Source: Vicugna vicugna
Lineage: Eukaryota
Reading direction: 5' to 3'
DNA: 64,000 bases
Assembly (NCBI GenBank): GCA_013265495.1
Contig: MU058418.1
Coordinates: 2,072,917-2,136,916, forward strand
Made by a program: the position numbers and the translations under genes
In this document: positions 52,366 to 64,000 of the stretch, piece by piece
Layout of the letters: the number at the start of each line of letters is the position of its first letter
Position numbering within the stretch: position 1 is the stretch's first letter
Notes under the pieces: model-generated
Database searches by the model: none
What the model was told of the DNA's origin: nothing
What the model saw: only the letters and a program-made list of their open reading frames with translations

Positions 52366-54257
52366 CTGTGAATAAAATATTGTTAACACCCAAAGAACAG
52401 TATTTAAATTGTAGGTGATTCCCAAGGAAAATTGTGGCGTGGGGCCCAGGGACCCAGGACTCATATTCCCAGTGTCTTAAAAAATTAAAAGTAACCATAA
52501 TAATCAAATAGGCAAACATATCTATCAGCATTGGAAAATAAACATAACAACCTAGCCTATAACAAAACCAAGAGTAATTTCAGTTTCACATAATGCCAGT
52601 GGATCTAAATTGGAAAAAAAATCAAATCAAATTTTCCCTTTCTGAGGTAACTAGAGACTAACTTGGCTCCAAGAGGCAAAGGCTGTACTTATCTTAGACA
52701 CATGGGGAAGAGAGGGTGTCTTTTTACCAGAGCATCCTGGCAGTGTTAGCATCCCTCTAGCAGTGGGTAGAGGCACTGATGACTGCTTCTATCTTAGGTG
52801 GCTTCCCTTAAAGAAGAATAGATGGTATGGGGGAGAAGCTCTCCTTGTGTACTTCTTGGTGCTGGGAACTCTGCAGTAGCAGAGATGGGGTTCCCAGATG
52901 CCACCTGACCAAATTTTCAACGTCAAGGTCCTTCTGTGAAGTGTGTGTTTGTGTATGCACATATGCTGGGGGAACAAAAGTACCATTCATAAGTTTCTGA
53001 CAGTGCCCCAGTTCAATTCCTACTGGCTTGATATAAACACCAGGCAAGCACACATCTGTCAGAATCAGGAAAAGGAACCAAATAAAATCAGCCCTACATT
53101 ATATCATACAGTAACTTATAGATCCAATTAAAAACTAAATGCAAAAAAAAAAGAAAACTGGACCAATAAAAAAGGAATATAAGTATATATTAAATCTCTT
53201 GAGAGGAAGAATTTTTAAGCTTGAAAAAAAAGGGAAAGTAATAATTTGACTACCAAAATGTGAAAAATTCCTCTACTTCAAAAACAGCAAAGTGATTTAA
53301 GAGACAAACAGCCGAATTTGAAAAAAATATATAGAACATTTATATAGAAACCATATAACAGATACAACTTTTAAAAATGGGCAAAAGACAAAAGTGGTCA
53401 CCTCAGAAGAGAAATATAAATGATTAACACATTAAAATATTAAACTTGAGAAATAGTCAAATAAAAATTAAAATAATATTTAAAAAGAGAAAATACTAAG
53501 GAAACTATGACATGTATGTTCCTGAGGGGAACGTAATTTGAAACAATTTTATGCCAAGCAGTTTGATTCTGTCTATAGCTTCATATTCATTAAACTAATG
53601 ACTCCATTCACGTGAACATGCAGACCAAATTTTACGTGAAAAATTCACTGGAGCATTATTTGTAATAGCAAAAAAAGTTTTCACTGTAAAGAACTAGTTA
53701 AAACTATTACCTATAAATAAATTGTGCAGTAATTGAAAATGAGGGTTAAGTGTTTTCTAATGAAGTAATATAAATAATATAATTAAATGTAATACTATAA
53801 AAAAATAAAAATAGTTTATACTGTATACTCTCAATTATGCTAAAATATGAATGGAAAAGTTTTATAAGGGTAAGCAGCACTAATGATAACATTTCACAGC
53901 TATAACTCTGGGTTTCTGATGTTCTGATTCCAACATTTTAAGGGAAGCAGAGACCTTTGAAGAAATAATTTATTATTATATGATAATAACTGTGTCATGT
54001 TTGGAAACAGAAAACATTGGTGCGGGTTCTAATTGTATTAGACTCCTCAGTTTCTATGTTTTCTTCTTCATTGTAATAAATCTATTTCAGTTCTATAGCT
54101 GCTCAGTTTAAATCTGTAAGAGAGAAGCTAACTCTTTTTCTCCTTAAGTTTCCTATTTGAAGGGGGAGGGGTGTAATTTTAAGCTTTAATATAAACATGA
54201 TAAAAAATGAAATAAATAGAAATCCATAAGCATGGCATTAGCAGCTCATTTCGTTAC

Positions 54258-54335
54258 CATCTTTATCATATGACTTCATTCCGGCTCCTTCACTGTCCTC
54301 TAAAGAGCTTTTTCTTTGAGATTCATGAGTGAACA
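54258..54335 (-). CDS. AK9: AK9 linker exon (FTHESQRKSSLEDSEGAGMKSYDKD)
   Basis: ccactgcag| acceptor, G|GTAACG donor, 78 nt, phase 1-1; 86-nt upstream intron. Confidence 0.8.
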
Positions 54336-54421
54336 CTGCAGTGGAAGAATAATATACTTATCAGCTAATCTGTTCACAATAGGAAAAATTTGGCCAATAA
54401 CATTAGCAACATTTTCTTTAC

Positions 54422-54526
54422 CATCTTCAAGTGATGACTGCGACTCTTCTGTGCTTTTATATATACCAGTTGGGAATACGTATCTCCTCTCAAATTCTCC
54501 CTGAGGGTCTTCTGAAGTTGACTGGG
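54422..54526 (-). CDS. AK9: AK9 linker exon (QSTSEDPQGEFERRYVFPTGIYKSTEESQSSLED)
   Basis: cttttag| acceptor, G|GTAAAG donor, 105 nt, symmetric phase 1, open frame. Confidence 0.8.
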
Positions 54527-54848
54527 CTAAAAGATAGTAATTTGCTGTGTTAACTGGGGGTAGGGAGACAGGCTTGGGTGTGAGACTAACTCAGTCAGTA
54601 TGGTTTTAATGAATCATTTCATCTCTCTGTCTCAATTTCTGCTGGGCAAAATAAAGATCATTAAACCAAAAACACCACTGTAACATTACATGAGATAATA
54701 CTGATCTTAGAAAGGGCTTGGTACACACAGGAAGCCAGCTCCATGTTAGCTGCCATCCTCTGTATTATTATATAATTTTCTATGTTAAAAAACCCTCAAC
54801 ATTCTCTACTGACAAAATTTTCTTGAAAATTTATTGGAGTAAAAAAAG

Positions 54849-54938
54849 TATGTATATATATGTGTATATATACATATATATATGTATATATATATGTATG
54901 TGTGTATATATATATATATACTTCTATATATATATATA
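54849..54938. repeat. Imperfect (TA)n microsatellite
   Basis: Direct observation. Confidence 0.95.
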
Positions 54939-55518
54939 GGAGTAAAATTTCCTAGCAAAAAAAAATTCCAATTTTTTTAAATTTTAAGAATGGTTAACTT
55001 TATTGTCAACTTTTGAGTAATCGTGAATTTGAAAAAAACCAGAGACATAGGTTTGCAGCGTTATGAGAGATAGCATCTATTTCTGTATCTGGTGAGAGAT
55101 GGCAATTTGTGGAAAGCTTTAAAATCTATGATTTTATGCCTTAATTTGATGTGAAAGGAAACACAGCAGACTTCAAGAAACATTATAGATCACTGATCAT
55201 CCTCCAGGAGCCCTGCAAGCTTCCTCTCTTGATCCAGGTTTCAGTTAAATGTTCCCTCTTAAGAAAGCTCTTCCCTGGTCATCCAAACATGCCAGTGCCC
55301 CTACCCCAATCCCCTCCTGCCCCATTACTGTGTTATATATTTTTTCTATCTGTTTACTTTCCCCCCTCTCTACCCCCTTTAAAATGTACCCACCGTGAGG
55401 ACAGCAGCTTCATGTGTATTGCTCACCTCTGTAGCTCTAGTTACTAGAATAACATCTAACACAAGCAGGGACTCAAGCAATTGCTGAATGACAGGACTTT
55501 GAAGTAGGTTGCTATTGT

Positions 55519-55681
55519 TGTTTTGTCTATCGTTTCTTCTAAGAAGTTTATAGTGTCTTATGTTTAAGTCTTTAAGCCATTTTGAGTTTACTTTTGTATA
55601 TGATTGTGAGGGAGTGTTCTAACTTCATCAGTTTAAGTGCAGCTGTCCAGCTTTCCCAACACTGCTTGCTGAAGAGACTGT
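55519..55681 (-). mobile_element. Inverted LINE-1 ORF2 fragment (probable 5' part of the host L1)
   Basis: Reverse complement matches L1 SLFSKQCWESWTAA...KMA region; abuts an inverted copy of the host L1 TSD. Confidence 0.88.
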
Positions 55682-56255
55682 AGCTGAGACTTGAACCTTT
55701 ATTTCCAAAGTCCCAGTGTTCTTTTTCTTGATCATTCTGCCTCTTCCTGTCTCTCACTCCTTATCACATTATTTTAGAGGAGATACAGAGTTTTGGTTTG
55801 AGGGGAGAGGGAGCAGGTTTCTGATTTTCTCCAGGAAAAATGAGAGTTTTCATTTCTTGGCTACTTTTGACATTTACTGATTGGTTTTGGTAGAATTTAT
55901 ATCTAGAGTTGGCACTTTTGTAATCAGTCACATTAGAATACATGAAAGTCATTTAACCTAAACATTTGTTCTTAATGCAAATCCTCAGTGCAGCACTTCC
56001 TACACACTATGTGAGATCTTTCTCACATTCAAAGGTCTGGATCCAAAACTTGAGATTAGCTCCAACAATTTTAGACTAGCTCTAACCACCACCGTTTGGA
56101 TTTCCCAGAAGCTACGGCAGTATGCCATCTCCTACTATAGCCAACACTGCCTCAATTCCAAATATTCTCTTCCTAATAAAATTTTCCTCATTACAGAAGA
56201 CATAATAGCCAAATTTATTGAGCATTTACTGTACATTGAGGCTATGCAATGTAAC

Positions 56256-58766
56256 TGACAATAAATGCTGGAGAGGGTGTAAAGAAAAGGGCACCTTCCT
56301 ACACTGTTGGTGGGAATGCAGTTTGGTGCAGCCATTATGGAAAACAGAATGGAGATCCCCCCAAAAACTAACAATAGACTTACCATATGACCCAGCAGTC
56401 CCACTCTTGGACATACATCCTGAGGGAACTCTAATTCAAAAAGATACATGCACCCCAATGTTCATAGCAGCACTATTTACAATAGCCAAGATATGGAAAC
56501 AACCTAAACGTCCATTGACAAATAACTGCATAAAGAAGATGTGGCGGTCACACTGCCCAAGGCAATCTACAGATTTAATGCAATCCCTATCCAATTACCC
56601 AGGACATATTTCATAGAACTAGAACAAATCATTATAAAATTTATATGGAACCATCAAAGACCTAGAATTGCTAAAGCATTACTGAAGAGAAAGAAAGAGG
56701 CTGGAGGAATAACTCTCCCAGACTTCAGACAATACTATAGAGCTACAGTCATCAAGACAGCATGGTATTGGTACCAAAACAGACATATAGACCAATGGAA
56801 CAGAATAGAGAGCCCAGAAATGAACCCACAAACTTTTGGTCAACTCATCTTCGACAAAGGAGGCAAGAATATACAATGGAATAAAGACAGTCTCTTCAGC
56901 AAATGGTGTTGGGAAAACTGGACAGCAGCATGTAAAACAATGAAGCTAGAACACACCCTTACACCATATACAAAAATCAACTCAAAATGGATTAAAGACT
57001 TAAACATAAGACAAGATACAATAAACCTCCTAGAGGAAAACATAGGCAAAACATTATCTGACATACATTTCAAAAATTTTCTCCTAGAAGAAATAAAAGC
57101 AAGAATAAACAAATGGGACCTAATGAAACTTACAAGCTTCTGCAGAGCAAAGGAAACCAGAAATAAAACAAGAAGAAAACCTACGGAATGGGAGAAAATT
57201 TTTGCAAGTGAAACCGACAAAGGCTTGATCTCCAAAATATATAAGCAGCTCATACGACTCAATAAGAAAAAAATAAACAACCCAATCCAAAAATGGGCAG
57301 AAGACCTAAACAAGCAATTCTCCAAGGAAGACATACAAATGATCAAAAAGCACATGAAAAAATGTTCAATATCACTAATTATCAGAGAAATGCAAATCAA
57401 AACTACAATGAGGTATCACCTCACACCAGTCAGAATGGCCGTCATTCAAAAATCCAAAAATGACAAATGCTGGAGAGGCTGTGGAGAAAGGGGAACCCTC
57501 CTACACTGCTGGTGGGAATGCAGTTTGGTGCAGCCACTATGGAAAACAGTGTGGAGATTCCTCAAAAGACTAGGAATAGACTTACCATATGACCCAGGAA
57601 TCCCACTCCTGGGCTTGTATCCAGAAGGAAATCTACTTCAGGATGACACCTGCACCCCAATGTTCATAGCAGCACTATTTACAATAGCCAAAACATGGAA
57701 ACAGCCTAAATGTCCATCAACAGGTGACTGGATAAAGAAGAGGTGGTATATTTATACAATGGAATACTACTCAGCCATAAAAACCGACAACATAATGCCA
57801 TTTGCAGCAACATGGATGCTCCTAGAGAATGTCATTCTAAGTGAAGTAAGCCAGAAAGAGAAAGAAAAATACCATATGAGATCGCTCATATGTGGAATCT
57901 AAAAAACAAAAACAAACAAACAAACAAAAACAAAGCATAAATACAGGACAGAAATAGACTCATGGACAGAGAATACAGACTTGTGGTTACCAGGGGGGTA
58001 GAGGGTGGGAAGGGATAGACTGGGATTTCAAAATTGTAGAATAGATAAACAAGATTACACTGTATAGCACAGGGAAATATACACAAAATGTTATGATAAA
58101 TCACAGAGAAAAAAATGTGACAATGAGTGTGTATATGTCCATGAATGACTGAAAAATTGTGCTGAACACTGGAATTTGACACAACACTGTAAAATGATTA
58201 TGAATCAATAAAAAATGTAAGAAGTAAAAAAAAAAAAAGAAGATGTGGCATATTTATACAATGGAATACCACTCAGCCATTAAAAAGAATAAAATAATGC
58301 CATTTGTAGCAACATGGATGTCCCTGGAGAATGTCATTCTAAGTGAAGTAAGCCAGAAAGAGAAAGAAAAATACCATGCGATATCACTCATGTGTGGAAT
58401 TAAAAAAAAAAAGAGACATAAATGAATTTATTTACAAAACAGAAACCGATTCACAGACATAGAAAACAAATTTATGGTTACCGGGGGAAAAGGGACGAGG
58501 TGCGAAGGGATAAATTGGGAGTTAGAGATTTTCAGATACTACTATATATAAAATAGATAAACAACAAGTTCCTTCTGTATAGCACATGGAACTATATTCA
58601 GTATCTTGTAGTAACCTATAGTGAAAAAGAATATGAAAACAAATACATGTATGTATATATATGATTGAAACATTATGCTGTACATCAGAAAATGATATGT
58701 TGTAAACTGACTGTACTACAACAACACAACAACAACAACAACAACAAAAAAGAAGAAGAAGAAGAA
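56256..58766 (+). mobile_element. Older LINE-1 3' end (host), interrupted by the young L1; tail decayed to (CAA)n(GAA)n
   Basis: ORF2-like [18 protein letters not shown] (56256-56545) continues as WHIYTMEYHSAIKK after 58236, then 3'UTR and A-rich tail. Confidence 0.92.
56546..58235 (+). mobile_element. Young 5'-truncated LINE-1 (ORF2 C-terminal ~450 aa intact, 3'UTR, polyA)
   Basis: Open ORF ending ...SLICGI with CCHC motif [18 protein letters not shown]; perfect 14-bp TSD aaagaagatgtggc at 56532-56545 and 58236-58249. Confidence 0.97.
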
Positions 58767-59346
58767 AAAGTTTCAAGTCTCAGCTATGCTACTAGCTGAA
58801 TGAGTTTTAGGAAGCCATTTAACCTCCCGTGCCTCAGTTTCCTCACATGTAAAGTCACAGAATTGTGTTAACTGATCACTAAGTCTTCTTCCAGTTTCAC
58901 TACATTATAACTCTTTAAATTTGAAATTTATATTCTCCAAATAGAAATATTTAATTACAATCAAGACTGACACACAAGCCTAAAACAACAACCAGCAGCA
59001 GCAGCAGCAATGCAAGCTCCGTGAGTTGGGTGAAGTGCGGGTGTCATCACAATTGGTGTAAATAAAGGTGTAAATTCTGCTCTGTCTCTGCCCAGCAAGC
59101 AGATCTATAAAGGTAATGAAATTCAAATTTGGAAGCTCTTCTGATTCCTCTCTTTAGAAGTCTAGAATTGAAATCTTTTCTCTGTTTATGACTCAGGTTA
59201 TGTATATTCATTTCTTCAACCATTTACTAAGAGGCTACAATGTGCAAGGTGGCTGGGATACCAAGATAAGCAAATCTCTCAGGTAGCCAGGCTTAATTAA
59301 TTGTTGACCTAAGCTTAAAATACATATTTTTAAAAAAATGGTTCAC

Positions 59347-59488
59347 CTTGTCTTTTAGCTTGTAGTTCTGTGAGTTTTTCTTTTACAACTTTAATGGCTG
59401 CTTCAGTGGCCTCAGCTATAGTATTTCTGGTTAACATTTCAAGGGCTTCATCAAAACGTGGTTGAACAAGTTTATTGTAGTCAACTAC
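59347..59488 (-). CDS. AK9: AK9 exon (VVDYNKLVQPRFDEALE...ELQAKRQ)
   Basis: tttgcag| acceptor, G|GTGAAC donor, 142 nt. Confidence 0.93.
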
Positions 59489-59734
59489 CTGCAAAGAATA
59501 TTTGAGAAAACCAACATAAGCATAAGTTACTGTGAATATTAAACACATCATTCATCTGTATCTATTTCTATAGCTATCTATCTCAAAAATCTTAATGTTG
59601 CTTGAGGTATGTTATTTTCAGAATTCACTGATTTCTGAGTACTTGCTTTCATAGGAATTCAGTCATATTTTTCATGTAGGATTATATATTTATATATGCA
59701 CAATCATGTAATATATATTCAAGTTACGTATATT

Positions 59735-61400
59735 TTAAAAATCAACACTATGTATAATCTAAATACAACAAAAGGTACCCATTTTAAATATACAGTTCCA
59801 TGAGTTTTTACAAATATATACATATAACAACAACCTCAATCAAGATACAGAACATTTATATCACCCCAAAAAGTTCTCTGATGCTCCTTTAGGCAGTTCC
59901 TGGCCCTTGGCAACCACTTTGTTTTCTGTCACTATAGATTAATTTTGCCTTTTCTAGAATTTCATATAAATGGAACCATACAGTATATAATCTTTTCCAA
60001 GTGTTTCCCCCTTAGCGTAATGCTTTTGAGATTCATCAGTGTAACTGGATGTATCAGTAATCTGTTCCTTTTTATTGTTGAGTTGTATCATCGTATCATT
60101 ATACCATAGTTTTAAATCCATTCATCATAGACATTTGGGTTGCTTTGTTTTGGCTATTATAAGTAAAGTAGCAATAAACATTTGTAAGTCTCTTCCATGG
60201 ACATATGTTTTCATTTCTGTTGGATGAATACCTAGGAGTAGAATTACTGGGTCATATGATAAATATATGTTTGACTTTGTAATAAACCACCAAACTGTTT
60301 CCAGAGTAGTTGAACTATTTTACATTTCTACCAGCAAAGTATGAAAATTGAAGTTACTTCACATCATCACCAACACTTGGTTCCGTGTATATTTTACATT
60401 TTAGCCACTCTAGTTGGTGTAATATCTCATTGCAGTTTAAATTTACATTATAAGGAACTCCTACCAATAATATGCAAAAAATTTTTAAAAGGACAAGAAC
60501 TTGAACAAACACTTCAAAAAGAGACTATCTGAATGGCCAATAAACATATGAATAAATGTTGAACCTCACTAGTCATCAGGGAAATGCAAATTAAAACCAC
60601 AGTGGAATATACCCACTAGGATGACTAAAATTAGAAAGACTCATCATAACAAAAGTTGGTAGGAATGTGGAGCTTTCATACACTGCTAATAGGATAGTAA
60701 ATTGGTTGAACTAGTTTGGAAACTAGTTTTGCATTATCTACACAAGTTGAATGTGTATGTCCCAGCAACACCTCACGTCCCAGCAACTTTACTCCTAGAT
60801 GTATCAACTACATTAAGACATGCATGTGTATACCAGGAGGCATGTACTAGATTGTTTACAGCAATATTATCTACAATTCCCCAAACTGGAATCAACCTAA
60901 GTTTTAACAACACTCAAATGGATAAATATATCATAATAGAATTCAATCAACAGAACTGAATTATAATAAAATAATAAATAATAATAATATAATAATAAAA
61001 ATATAATAAAATAATAAAAATGAATAAACTATAGCTATATTTAATAACATGCATAAATATCACAATGATAATGTCAAGTGAAAGAAGCCAGGCACAAAGA
61101 ACATACACTGCTCAAGTCCATAAAGTTAAAAAAGTATGCAAAACTAACTTATGCTATTTGAAAGTGTGCTTACATAGTACAACCATAAAAGAAAAGTACA
61201 GAAATGAATATCATAAAATTCAGGGCAGTGGGTAACTTTGTGGAAGGAGTAAGAGGATCGATATTAGAAAGAGGCTTGAAGGGGCTTTCTGGGGTGCTGG
61301 GGTTCCGTATTTGACCTATGTGGTGGTTATTTGAGGGTTTGTTTTGTGATAAACAGTGAGCTTCACTTTTCTGTGTTTGTCAGATTTTACAATAAAAGTT
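59735..61400. mobile_element. Two old L1M 3' fragments in opposite orientation (minus ~59735-60440, plus ~60445-61400)
   Basis: Minus-strand 3'UTR/ORF2-end motifs followed by plus-strand gaaatgcaaattaaaaccac...3'UTR. Confidence 0.75.
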
Positions 61401-62182
61401 AAAAGCAAGTAGAAAATGTTATCCCTGTGTTTAAAAGAATTCAACAACTTTTGGAATAAATTCAAACTCCTTCCCAGGGCCTGCATTGTCTGACTACGTC
61501 TCCAGCCATCTCCACCTGTGCCATTCCTCCTTTCATATTCTACGTTCCAGCCCCACTGGCCTTCATGGAACTCCTCTACATTCCAATCCCTCGTCAAATC
61601 CTTTGTCTCTGTCTTCAAATTATATCCCAAATCTGCCCACTTCTTACCACCTCTAATGCTACCACTCTGCTCTAAGCTAAAAGCAATTTCTCTTTACTTA
61701 CTGGGGGTGGAGAACAAGATCACTGTGGGGAGAGGTCAAGGAATTGACAGGCGAGGGTGTTGGGAGGGTCATCTTGATAGACAGTGAAATCACTAAGAAT
61801 TACGACAGGAGTGAGTGTGTGAAGAGAGTGACAGTGGACCAGGAAAGGTGTAACCAAGGAAACAGGAGATGAGTGAAACCAAGAAAGGTAACGAGTGGCA
61901 TAGCCTGCATGACAAGCAGTCAAATCTGGGGACTTTGGGAAGCAAGCAAGAAGCAGGGAGTGGCTATGGCCTGGAAGCTGCAATAAGGAGGATGCCTTCC
62001 CCATTGCAAGCGCAGTGGAACAATTATCCAATTGACAGTGTAAAATTAAGCAAACTGAGTACAAATCCTACAAAGCATAATCACAGAGAATGGGAGAAGA
62101 GACAAGAGCAGCCCCCTAAAATCCCACAAAGCGTAATCAAATACAGCTAGATAGAAAGCTAGCTTGCTAGCTATGTAGTTAC

Positions 62183-62363
62183 CTTTCCTTTGTAATGTTT
62201 TGCAAGCAAATTGCTAAGTGTTGTCTTCCCTGAAGACTGAGGTCCAAATATGAATACTTTAAATGGTGGTGCTGGCATAGGTGGAAGCAGATAGGGACGT
62301 GGGTTCAATAAAAATGTTTTAAATGCTTCTTCTGATGAGAGACAGTATATCTTACCTAGAAAA
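62183..62363 (-). CDS. AK9: AK9 exon with P-loop GPQSSGKTT
   Basis: ttttaag| acceptor, AAG|GTAACT donor, 181 nt; FLGKIYCLSSEE...NPRPYLLPPMPAPPFKVFIFGPQSSGKTT. Confidence 0.93.
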
Positions 62364-62443
62364 CTTAAAATATACCATAATCATAAACAACTGAAAAGAG
62401 GTATGGGCAAGTTTAAAAACTAAATTCTGAAAATCTTTCTTAC

Positions 62444-62583
62444 CTTACAGAAAAATCTGGCATTCCTTGAAAAATGTTACCTTCTTTTAAAGCCACAGGA
62501 CACATACGTCCCCATCTGCTTCTCTGCCATCTGTATCTTGGTGCAATAAGTTTATAGGATGCAAGAGCACGGAACAACTCGTC
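62444..62583 (-). CDS. AK9: AK9 exon (DELFRALASYKLIAPRYRWQRSRWGRMCPVALKEGNIFQGMPDFSV)
   Basis: ttaacag| acceptor, AG|GTAAGA donor, 140 nt, phase 0 to 2. Confidence 0.93.
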
Positions 62584-64000
62584 CTGTTAATAACAAACAC
62601 AACATTAAAAGTGTGAGCATAAGTTCTGCTGAAGTTCACATTATTATTTCATTTCTTATTTGATAGTGCTTTACTATTTATAAAATATTTTAGAAAGAAA
62701 ATTTTGGCTTTTTTCCTAATTGCAACTATTCTGCACTTGCCCAAATTTAATAATGCAAATTGTTTTCATTTCTGTTTTAATACTTTGTTTAAATTGTACT
62801 GAGCATTTTCTATTGTAGGGTAGAATAAGCATAAGGTAGGTAGAGTGTTTTCTATTATCTGTTTCAGAAAACAGATTATGAAAAATTCTTATTGAAAAGG
62901 TTTGAAACAGTACTGGATTCTTGTTAATTTATCTAAGTTTTAAAATAGTAAGGTGTTATATGCAGATCTGCATTGACTTAGCTCTTTCATTCTTCTTAAA
63001 TGTAAAGTCTCCCTCAACAACCCTCTGTTGGTGATCTCCGGAGAAGCTAAGAACTACTCCTCCATAGACTGCAGTCTGCTGAGAGGGTCACTGTCCTAGT
63101 GCTACCTTGGCAGGGGATGAGGGAACTCGGGGGAGATGGCATGGTGGGCAACTGCCAAGGGGATGGGTCCAGGCTGGCTCCCTCCAGCCTTCTGATGGGG
63201 ATTTCACAGGTGTGCTGGCTCCGGAGTTGACAGCAGAGAACAGATAAGAATGGGAGCTCTGGTGTTGCCTGCACCACTGCAACATTAGAAAGCAAAGAGG
63301 CAGGCCCATTGTGGGGATGCTGCATGGATGTTCCCATCTGAAGGCTAGAAGGAGCTAAATGGGAAGGAAATTGTCAATGCTCAGAGGAGCTGCATGAGAC
63401 TGAGAACCTTGTCGGTGGAACACATTGGGCTACCACCCTTCTCCAAAGTCCACAGACAATGATCCAGGGACTGAAACTACTGAGTTAAGTCAGGAGGCAG
63501 GCATTCTTTCCTTATTGTCTCTTTCCTGTCCAAACCGGGGGAAAGTGTTTGAATAGCAGACCATGCTCCTCTCTCAACTGGGGCCAAGTGTCTAGCAGGG
63601 GCTGAAGGATGATTAGAAGACAGATTTCAAATGAGTTTGATACTACCGTCTCAAAAATGATCAGGACTGCCTCTGGTTAAACAAGGCAGAGTGGACACAT
63701 GCATTTGTGTTTGTTGCTTTCCTAACACCTCGGGAAAATGACAGCAGAGGAATGAAAAAAGAAATGAACTCACAAGGACACAGAGAACGGGAGAAGAGAT
63801 TAGAGCAGCCCCAGCTACACACCTTTGTAAACTAGAAAGCCGGTGGACAAGTGGTAACCGAGATCCAAGAAAAGTGAAAGCTCAGTGCTGTGATGTCAGG
63901 CATGGGTGTGGGTGGGGTGAGGACAGCAACAAGCAAGCCAAGTCACTGCACAGTCCTAGCGAGGCTCAGAACCTTCAGTACCTCTGCAGCGGAATAGAGA

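Larger units (their letters stand above)
193..62583 (-). other. AK9: AK9 adenylate kinase 9 gene body (partial; 28 internal coding exons, both ends outside window)
   Basis: Spliced translation matches recalled AK9: three AK P-loops, repeated CPV/YHS-like modules, acidic linkers; exon phases are mutually consistent. Confidence 0.97.

Noticed and set aside
56840..57400. 186-aa hydrophobic minus-strand ORF
   Set aside because: Antisense shadow of L1 ORF2
1..64000. CRISPR arrays, rRNA or prokaryotic systems
   Set aside because: Intron-exon mammalian DNA; no regularly spaced repeat-spacer arrays or rRNA similarity seen

Overview
AT-rich mammalian genomic DNA. Three copies of a tRNA-Ala-derived Vic-1-like SINE point to a camelid. 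The whole window lies inside AK9 (adenylate kinase 9) on the minus strand. I traced 28 internal coding exons (62583 down to 193) that splice into one open frame with consistent phases and three P-loops (GPQSSGKT, GPRGSGKT, GPPKSGKT); start and stop lie outside the window. Introns hold L1, MIR/L2, MaLR/ERV LTRs, hAT elements and SINEs. The main unexplained signal is a collinear series of degraded plus-strand exons (~20.5-27.3 kb), interleaved with AK9 exons, whose translations resemble a ZPAX/ZPY-class zona pellucida (egg-coat) protein, i.e. a probable nested unitary pseudogene. Other highlights: a GC-AG intron, an intron with two non-canonical ends, a ~740 bp inversion revealed by an inverted L1 TSD and split MIR, a young L1 nested in an older L1, and a poly(A)-less L1 fragment with a TSD. 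Homology calls come from recalled sequences, not database searches. Repeat boundaries without TSDs are approximate.
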